The position numbers were made by a program, and so were the translations under genes. Of a DNA stretch of 64,000 nucleotides, positions 8,879-17,600 are shown one piece after another (position 1 is the first letter of the stretch; the number at the start of each line of letters is the position of its first letter). The stretch spans positions 6,116 through 70,115 of the forward strand of contig CAZWJC010000001.1 of assembly GCA_964634255.1 (NCBI GenBank), written 5' to 3'. The notes beneath the pieces were generated by a model. It did no database searches, had not been told where the DNA came from, and was given only the letters and a program-made list of their open reading frames with translations. The stretch is from an uncultured Verrucomicrobiota bacterium. GTDB lineage: Bacteria; Verrucomicrobiota; Verrucomicrobiia; Limisphaerales; MWDV01.

Positions 8879-11650
8879 CTATTTCTTCCGCAACCGGAAG
8901 AACTGCTGCGGGCCGTCGAAGTTGACAGCGGCAGGGCTGGATTCTGCAGCGGTGGACCACACATTGGGTGATCCAAGGGAGGCAGTCTGTTCCAGGAGAA
9001 AGTCCGCGTTGTCCCAAGCCAGGAACGGCTCACCGCTGAATTCAAGCAGGCATAGCGAGGGTCGGGGTGCAGCTTCCAAGGAAAAGTCGAAGCTGACATC
9101 TGAACTGGTGCTGCTTTCCTGGTGAATCTCCACCGCGACAACGTTCGTGCCGGCTTGGAGCAATGCCGGCGGGACATTGGTGTTGAACCAAGATTTGCCG
9201 TCGTCATCCGCCAAGTCGGCGCGGGTCAGGTAATCCACCGGGCCGTTGGTGAGGTTGCTGCGGAACACTTCCGCGCCGTTGAGATAGACGATTCCGCCGT
9301 CATCGCGCTTGAGGCGAAGCGTGAGGCTGCCCACAGACTCGGGCGCGGTCACTGGGAACGCATGGCGGAAATAGGTCGTGATGATGCGGCCGCTGACGCC
9401 GTTGCTGCGGACGGGCGTGGCTTCGTCGCGCTCACCGTAACCGAGCTCCGCCACGCCATTGCTCCAGCCGGCGTCATTGAAAGTATTGAACCGCCAAGCG
9501 ATGCCGGCGTCTTCGCCCGTGTCGAGATAGCGCCAAAGCGCGCCGGTGGAGACAAGGAAGAAGTTCGTCGTCGCCGACGCACGCACGTAGAAGACGCTGC
9601 TCAGCCCGGTGAGTTCGGCGTTGGTCGGATTCCTCAAACTGACGCGAACCAGACTCAAGTCCGCAGGCGCGGCAGTGGGCTGGATCGTCCGCGAGATCTC
9701 GCCGGGCGGGAAGACGAGCGTTCCCAATTCGAGTATCTGGCTTGGGCCTTCGACCGCGTAGCCCACACTTACCGTCCGGGCCGTGAAGGTGCTCAACCGC
9801 ACGGGCAGGGCGTTAGTGAGTTCGGCGACGTTAAACTGGCTGGCGCGCACCGCGAGGCCGACGCCCACCGGCGCAGTGCCTGACGCAGTTGTATATGTCG
9901 CCAGTCGTGGCGCGTCAGCGTCCGGTTGCCACACATAATTGTCCGGGCACTGGGGTATCGGCGTGGTGAACCAATTGCCGGAGACGGTCATGGCGTTGGT
10001 GCGCCACAGCCAATCCTGCCAGGTGAGTCCCCACATGTCGCGGTAATTGTGGATCAGGATGGAATTGGTGACGCGAAGCGAGCCGGTGTAGGTCCAGTCG
10101 TAGTTGTCGCCGAAGCGCCCGCCGGTCAGGTTACCGATGAGCAGGCAGCCATTCAGGAAGCCCGCGGGACCGTCGTAACCGGCTTCCAAGCCCTGACCGC
10201 AATTAAGGAACACATCATGATGGTGGTTCACGACCTTGCCGTTCGCGGAGAGAGAATTGGCTTCGTGGAAGATGGACTCAAACCAGCAATCCTGGAAGTT
10301 GATCAAGCCCGCGCCGCTGCCCCCGCTATCCACCCCATCGTCCTTCGTCCACCCGAATAGGGTGTTGGTGAAGCCATGAGTGCCGCTCCAGAGGTAGAGG
10401 GCATCATTGTCGCCATCCACGAAGTTTGCGGAATCGTCGGGGCATTCGATGAAGGCGCTGTCGTTGACCGTGAAGCGCGCGCCGGTGAATTCGCCGCCAC
10501 TGGGAGTTCGTTGCATGAGGAATCGGGTGAGCGTAATCTCGCCGCCGTTGACGGAATGGCCTAGTTGGCCGGCCAGCGAAATAGCCGCACAGTCGGTGAG
10601 CGTGATGGTCGGAGTGTTCGTGCAGTAGAACAGCGCTTGCTCCTTACGATGGCTGCTGGGCCGTCCATTGCTGCCAAACCAGTTCGGCTCCGCGCCGCTG
10701 CCGGTAAAAATGGTGTGGGTAGCCTCGATGCGGGACGAGTTGAGTTCCAGCAGAAGACCGCCCCACGACTGTGCTGGGTTGGCTGGGAAGAACACCACGG
10801 GCTGTTCGGACGTGCCGTTTATAGTCATGGTGCCGTCGAGCTTGATCTCCACACGGCTGGCGAGGCGGACGAGCGTTCCCGCACCGATCGTGAGGGAGGA
10901 GCCGGCGGGGATGGTGAGCGTGTTTGTGAGGAGCATCCGCGAATTGGCAGGCCATGCGACACTACCGGTAAGGGAGCCGGAGATGGGAGTCCAAGAGATG
11001 TTGGCTTCGATGACAATGCTGCGGTTCGTCTGCAAACCGCCAAGCGAAACCAGGTAGTCGAGTGGTCCTGATGGATTCGTCGCGCCGAGGAAGCCGGAGC
11101 CGACGCCGCGTTTGATCGCGATGCTTGGGTGTCCGGGAGAGACGAGCGAGCCGTTCGCCCGGAGCGCGTGTCCCGCGTCGTCCATCACCCACGCCACGAC
11201 CGGGATGGCGCAGTCCGTCGGGAACGCCGCGGGTGCGAGCAGACGGAGATGCGCGCCGGCAAATTCGGCGGCGGCGGACGGAAACACCGGCGGCGGAGTC
11301 CAGGGAGGCAAACCGTTCTCCGTGCTCCCGCGCTCCGACGAGCGGACGATGAAGCGAAGAAAAGATGTCTCGACGACGGCGGTCGAGCTGTTCGTGCGCC
11401 CAACCGAGAGTTCGTGGTAACCAACGCTTGTTACGGTCACCGGGCGGCCGACCGCGACGGGGAATCCATCCATCCGGGCCTCGTAGCTCCAGCCGGTGGT
11501 TTGCGGGATCGTGAACGTGGCTTGGTCGGCATAAACCGACTTGTCTGCCACACCGCTGATCGTGATTTGGCCACGGGCGGTGGCGCACAGGCACACCGGC
11601 AGAAGCGAGAAGAGGGCGAGTTGGTTCATGGCACGGGTCATTATCGTCAT
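8879..11650 (-). CDS. large exported protein (signal peptide, beta-helix-like core, jelly-roll module, C-terminal sorting-like domain)
   Basis: 923 aa. Signal-like NQLALFSLLPVCLCATARG. The start ATG overlaps the upstream gene's stop (ATGA); ATG 11629 is an alternative start. It shares a W..Y...W...YFR...DDG.VYLNG...AVE.HQ..S.SSD module with the upstream giant protein. Confidence 0.8.
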   Translation of the reverse strand: MTIMTRAMNQLALFSLLPVCLCATARGQITISGVADKSVYADQATFTIPQTTGWSYEARMDGFPVAVGRPVTVTSVGYHELSVGRTNSSTAVVETSFLRFIVRSSERGSTENGLPPWTPPPVFPSAAAEFAGAHLRLLAPAAFPTDCAIPVVAWVMDDAGHALRANGSLVSPGHPSIAIKRGVGSGFLGATNPSGPLDYLVSLGGLQTNRSIVIEANISWTPISGSLTGSVAWPANSRMLLTNTLTIPAGSSLTIGAGTLVRLASRVEIKLDGTMTINGTSEQPVVFFPANPAQSWGGLLLELNSSRIEATHTIFTGSGAEPNWFGSNGRPSSHRKEQALFYCTNTPTITLTDCAAISLAGQLGHSVNGGEITLTRFLMQRTPSGGEFTGARFTVNDSAFIECPDDSANFVDGDNDALYLWSGTHGFTNTLFGWTKDDGVDSGGSGAGLINFQDCWFESIFHEANSLSANGKVVNHHHDVFLNCGQGLEAGYDGPAGFLNGCLLIGNLTGGRFGDNYDWTYTGSLRVTNSILIHNYRDMWGLTWQDWLWRTNAMTVSGNWFTTPIPQCPDNYVWQPDADAPRLATYTTASGTAPVGVGLAVRASQFNVAELTNALPVRLSTFTARTVSVGYAVEGPSQILELGTLVFPPGEISRTIQPTAAPADLSLVRVSLRNPTNAELTGLSSVFYVRASATTNFFLVSTGALWRYLDTGEDAGIAWRFNTFNDAGWSNGVAELGYGERDEATPVRSNGVSGRIITTYFRHAFPVTAPESVGSLTLRLKRDDGGIVYLNGAEVFRSNLTNGPVDYLTRADLADDDGKSWFNTNVPPALLQAGTNVVAVEIHQESSTSSDVSFDFSLEAAPRPSLCLLEFSGEPFLAWDNADFLLEQTASLGSPNVWSTAAESSPAAVNFDGPQQFFRLRKK

Positions 11651-14600
11651 GGCAGCGCGGGCGTGACGAGGCGGTAAAAGTGACTTGTCGTCGGTGGGGT
11701 TGGATCATGGACAGTCACCGGCCCCGCCGCATCCAGAGGCGCAACATCTGCCAGCCGCTGCCATGTGCCGCCCGAAAGGACCGCCGTCTCCAAGATTGTG
11801 TAACTGCGGCCAGCCACGGCCTCGAACCGGATATCCGTCCCGCCGTAGCTCGGCGTCGCCGAAATCAGGGCCAACACACTTGCAGCGCTCTGAGGGTCAG
11901 TGCCCGCCAGATACTCCAACCAGTTGCTGAAGCTATCCTTGTCCGGATCAAGCGCCGCGTCGTTCACAGAGGTGTTCAGCCCATGTGCCTCTTCCCAAGC
12001 GTCCGGCAAACCATCGCCGTCCGCGTCGCCGCCCGGACTGAATCCGGCCGAGGGCAAGGCCGCAAACCAGTTGGTCGGCTCGTTGCCGTAAGCAGCCGGC
12101 GTCAGACGTTGGAGCGACTGACCAAAGCCGTCGGCATTCGTGGGCCACGGCGACAAATCAGAGTAAACCACCTTCTCCATCAGGACATAGGGCGCGAATC
12201 CAACATCCGGCGGCAACGTCTGCGGATTGTCGGGCGCGTAGAGTTCCAGCGGTTCGCCCGCGTTATCAAGCCGGCCGCTGTAGGGGCCGACCAAGGTGGC
12301 GTTCGTGCCATACGCGGCTCGAAAGGCGGCCACAGCCGCGGGATCGCTCGCCGGATTGAAGCTGACCAACACCATGAATCCGCCCGGCGGGAGGCTGTGG
12401 CTGGTGTTGAAGTCAAAATCCACTCCGCCGCGCAGCCGCCAGCCGTTCGTCGGATGGTAAGCATCGTACAAGGGCACCGTGGCGAAGCCCAAATTGTGCA
12501 ATTCAACAAACTCGTCGCGGGCGCTGTCGTTTGTACCCAGCACGAGCGGGTGATACATGATTTCCGAGATGACGATCGGACCGACGTGCGGTGCGGCGTT
12601 GGGCGCGCCCGCACCAGCACGGAAAACCGGGAGCAGATTGGTGGGGCTCGCGGCCGTGACACTGGTGCCGAAGGTGTGCGTTTGCATCGCCGCGAAGTCC
12701 ACACCCACACTTGTCGGAACGCGCCCGAAGGACACGCCGTTGAACTGCGGGCCAAACTTCACGTGACCACGGAAGCCGGTAAGTTGACCGTTGGCGTCGG
12801 TCGCGCTCAGCCAGGCGGAATCGCCATAGGCCGAACTGAACTCGAAGCTGCTGCCCACTCCGGGTTCAGGGTTGAACTGGTATTCATAGAGGACCGCGAA
12901 GCCCCGTGGCGACAGAATCGTGCCGGCCGGGATGCGGAATTTGCGCAAGTCATCCTTGTCGTCGCTGAGCCACCAGCCGCTGACGTCCAGCGGGGCGTCG
13001 CTCGCGTTGAAAAGTTCGAGGGCGTCTTCCAAAGGCGGGTCTGTGTGGGAGAGGATTTCGTTGATGAAGACGTTGGTGAGCACCAGCCAGTTCGCTGCGC
13101 CGGGCGAAGACGCGGAGAAGAAAGTCCGGTTGGCCGCACCGTCCGGGAAGCGGCCTTCGGAGACACCGGTGGTCTGCGCGCCGAACGTTACGCTGTCAAT
13201 GGCGGGGGCGGTGCCGGGCGGGAACAAGCCGACCGCTTCTCCGCCAGCGTCGAGCGTGAACCCGACATGGTCCGTACCCTGCGTGGTGTCGTTGTCGGCG
13301 ACGAACTTCAAGAATCCGTTCGTGGCCGTGCCGATGAAGGAAAGCGGCGGGATGAGATGCTTCGTGCGGTTGTTGAGCTTGTCGGTGAGATAAAGGCCGC
13401 CGAGCGCCGCGGGTTGCAGGCTCGGATTGTAGAGCTCAAACCAATCCGGTCCGCCGGCGACACTGGCCGCCCATTCGTTGATGCGTATCTCCGCGGCGCT
13501 GCCCAGTTCGGCGGCGATGTTCGCGGACTCGGGCGTGGGCAGGGCGAGAGTCCAAGACCCGGACGCATCTGGCAGCCGGGCGAGTGAAAAGCCGTCCGCT
13601 TGCGGACCGAACACGAGAGCATCCAGCAAGGACGCGGTGGCGTTGTAGAGATAGACCGCATCCCCAGTGCTGCTCAATCCGAAGCCGGTGTTGAGCGGAG
13701 TGACGACGTTCGTGGACGGGGGCGCAGTAGCGTCAAACTTCACGACGAGCCGCGTCCCAGCCGCGAGCGTGACGCCCGTGGGGAACACCCAGCGATGTGA
13801 CGCGGGCGTGTCGTCGGTGAGGCTCATGCCGGCCAGGTTGATTGGGTTGGGCGAAGGGTTGAACAGCTCCACCCAGTCCGTGAGCGTGCCATCGCTGTTG
13901 GTTTGAGCACCTGGCGCAGCAAGGATTTCGCTGAGCACAAGCGAAGTCGTGATGAAGTTGGTGATCGAGCGCGTGGCCTCGAGCGACATGCCCCAGACAA
14001 CGTCGGAGCTGTTTGAATTTCCCTGATGAACTTCCACCGCGATGATGTTGGTGCCGACATGAAAGCGGCTGGCCGGAATGGTGAAGGGTTCGTCCACGTC
14101 GGCGTCGGTGTTTGCGCCAATCGCGCTGCTGCCGAAGGAGAGGTTGGTGATCGTGCCCCCACCCATGCGCGGACGTGAGAACTCGACGCCGTTGATGTAG
14201 ATCACGGCGCAGTCATCCAGACGCATCTTCGCGTTGATGGTATGGGCGGAAAGGTCGTTCGACACCACGAGCGGGCAGCGAAAGTAATAAGCGTGGCCGG
14301 GTTCCAAGCCCGGCGGGGGAGTGTTAGGGGCGAGCAGAACGGTGTTGCGGAGCGTGGAAATCCACGAGGAGGTTTCATACGCCAGCAAGCCTCGCCCGCT
14401 CTGCCATGCGCTGTCATTGTAGTTCGTCGCCATCCAACTGAAGCCGTCGAGATTGTTCGACTGGTTGAAGCGCCACACGTTGGTCATCGGCATCAAGGCG
14501 AGGGTTTCGGTGGTCACGCTTGTGGAGTGGCCGGGATTGCCCATGCCGGGCGTCGGCGTGGCGAAGAAGGCCAGCGTGGCGGTGCCATTCGGAGTGCGGC

Positions 14601-17600
14601 CCTGTGACAAACCAGTCGTTTGCGGGCCGTAGCTCACTTGATCAATCAGCGCGAGATCGGAGTCAAACAGACCGATGCGGCCCTGTTCTGGCGAGAGCTT
14701 GAAGTTCAAATGCTCGGGACCCGAGGCGGTGTTGCCGTCGGCTTTGAAGGCAATGAAACCGCCGGGAGGAATGAAACTCAGCGCCGCGATCTCGTGCAGC
14801 GCAGGCGCACCGTCTGGCGAATCCGTCAAAAACAAACCGCCCAACGCGACTGGTACGGGTTCGGGATTGTAGAGCTCGATGAAGTCATCCGGCGCCAGCG
14901 CCGCGCCCGACGCCAACCACTCGTTAATGCGCACCACGGCGGGATCGCCGGTAGGTTGAGCGAGGTTCGCCGCGCCAAAAGAGGGCATGCACGCGGCCCA
15001 AGAACCGTCCGCCAGCCGGCCCAACGCGAGATCGTTCACCTGCGGGCCGAAGCTGACTGAATCGAGCAACGCGCCGCCGCGGGAGGCTGCGTCGAAGAGA
15101 TACACCGTTTCCCCGCTGCTGTTCAGTCCGAAACCAAGATAACGCGTCTTGTCTGCGCCAGCGTCGGCGAACATCACGCGGAACTGGCCGGAACCGAGTG
15201 TCGTGGCCGCCGGGAACGTGAACTTGAACGGAGTGGCGGGATCGTCGGTCAGCCCCAAACCCGAGAGGTCTACCGTCGTGCCGCCATAGTTGAATAACTC
15301 GATGAGATCGGGCGCCTCGCCGTTTGTGAGCAACGTGCTCACGTTGCGCGCTAAAATCTCGTTGAGGCGAACACCGGCGAGCGCCGTGTTCACGGTCCAC
15401 GAACGCGAGACGGTGGGCGCGTTCGTGGATTGCCATTCGCCCGCATCGTTCCTGCCAATGACCTGCACCGCGTAGCTTCCGTTGGCGAGCCCACTCAAGA
15501 CGAGTGGCGTGGTCAGCGGTGTTTCCGCGCTCCACGTGCCGTCGTTCAGGCGGAACTTGTAGTGCGTGTAGCCCGAGCCGAGCGGAAAGCCGCCCGTGGG
15601 CAAGCCGTGGCCTGTGATGCGCGTGCCGAGGACTAGGGTGGCGGAGGTATCGCTAGTAAGTGACGGCGGTTCTCCGGAGATAGTCACGCTGCTGGAGACC
15701 AGAGCGCCCTTGTCGGATTTATTCGGGCCAGTGCCTTGGGCTGGCGATCCGGGCTGGAGGCTGAACCAGTCGCGCATCACCTGCGCCTCTTCCCAAGTGG
15801 TGAATTGGACTTCCGAATTCTGCGGAATGTGTTTCAGCCTTGCGTCGTTGGTGGAGTTTCCGCCGCCGGGTCCGGTCCAAACAAACGGCAGGAGATTGTT
15901 GCTGAACGTTACCGTCGAAAGCGTGTTACTGTAGTTCCGCACCAACGCCTCGGCGTCCACGATGATGTTGCCCTCGAGATAGAAACCTGCGCCGTAGGTC
16001 GTGCCGTCATCGGCGAGGTTGATCACCGCGGACGCCGTGTCCACGCCTCCGGCTTTCGTTGTGTGAACGATGGTGTTGTTGAGCAGTGTATAGAAGTTGC
16101 CTTGCTTGGCGGTGGCGGCGTGGTCGCAGTCGAAGACCAGGTTGCGAACCATCGTGATTTCAGAAGTATCCGAACCGTTCGAGCCGCCGGAAACCGCGCT
16201 GGAACTATCCGGCGCACCGTTGCGGTGGGTGTGCAGGAAGATATTTCCCTCGATCCACGCGTCCGTGCCATCGAGGTCCAGCAGATCGTCGCCGCTGCCG
16301 ATGAAGACGTTATCGTAGAACTGGAGGATCGGCTGGCCGAGATTTCGGTTGCCGCCGGTGAAATCCACCACGTCGTTGTAGCCGTTGGCCGCTCCGAAGA
16401 AGCATCTGCGGAAGATCCCCCGTCCCCCCGGCTTGATGCCTACGGTGCCGTGAACCAGTTCAAACGCTGCGGTTGCTGTGGGGAAGACACACTCGCTGAT
16501 CGCAAACGAAGCGTCATCAAGGGCGAGGTACTGTCTGGCGGTATTGGCGAAGCTGGCATGATCGAGTGACAGTGTTCCGCTGGCGACTTCGATGCAGGGA
16601 CTCACCCCGTTGCTCGCGAAATGGACAAAAGACAGTCGCGACTCTGGCGAACCGACGTCACCATTGATCGTGAGGTGTCCCCAATTCGTGCCGAGCGTGG
16701 GCGCGGCGGTGAAGCAAATCGGGGCGAGAGCCGTGCCTTCGGCAAGCAGCCGACCACCGGTGGCCACTGTAAAGTTGATGTTCGAACCAAGATAAACCGT
16801 GGTCCCGGGCTCAATCGTCAACGTCGCGTTGCTGGCGACTGTCAGGCTGGTGGTAACGTTGTAGGGGCCATTCGCTGCTGCCCAGGTTGTATCGGTCGCG
16901 ACGGTTCCGCCCGCTGTTTGCACGTTGCCGTCATCGTACCAGATGACCACGTTCGTCCGGGCGATTTCTGCACCGCGGCTATCCAGGCATTGCACCAGCA
17001 CGCTGTTGAGTCCTGGCCACAGCGACACGGCATTAGTCCAGCGCGCCTCCCAAACCGACCAAGCCGCGGCACTGCCGCCCACCACCACGGACTTTGTATC
17101 CAGCGCGTTGGCGGTGCCGCGCAGCGTCACGCTGGCGTTGGTAGTGTGCGGGAAGCCGTTGCTCTGCGCCAACGGGACCGTGACCGTGAAGTTCAACGGG
17201 AGCTGGCTGAGAATCGAAGCCCGGCGCGCCATGCCGAAGTTCTTCATGCTGGTGACGAGGCTCTCAGGGACCCAGCCCCCGAGGACCTGATCCAGCATGG
17301 AGTTGAACGGATCGGGCGCGAGCGTGGTGTCGCAGAGGCGCTTGAGTTCGCGGAAGTAGAGCGGCGCCGTCTCCGGGTGTCGCAGCAAACGCCGGGCGAC
17401 ATTCGCGCGCTGGTCTGGAGCTGTGCTGGCGGGCGAATCCACCACGCGCCAGATCGAACGGTTACCGTCCATGGAAGAATCGCCTTGGCCGAGGATGGTG
17501 TCGAAATCGTGCGGCACGAGCCGGAAGCGAGGGTCCACCACGCCACGGTACATTGCATAGTCGTCTCCCACGCCTCTCAGGAGGCTGGTCTCAGAAAAAT

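Noticed and set aside
7531-9207. 558-aa ORF on the minus strand
   Set aside because: It lies antisense to argJ, which has unambiguous family motifs. Its Arg/Ala/Gly-rich, low-complexity translation is typical of a shadow ORF in high-GC DNA.
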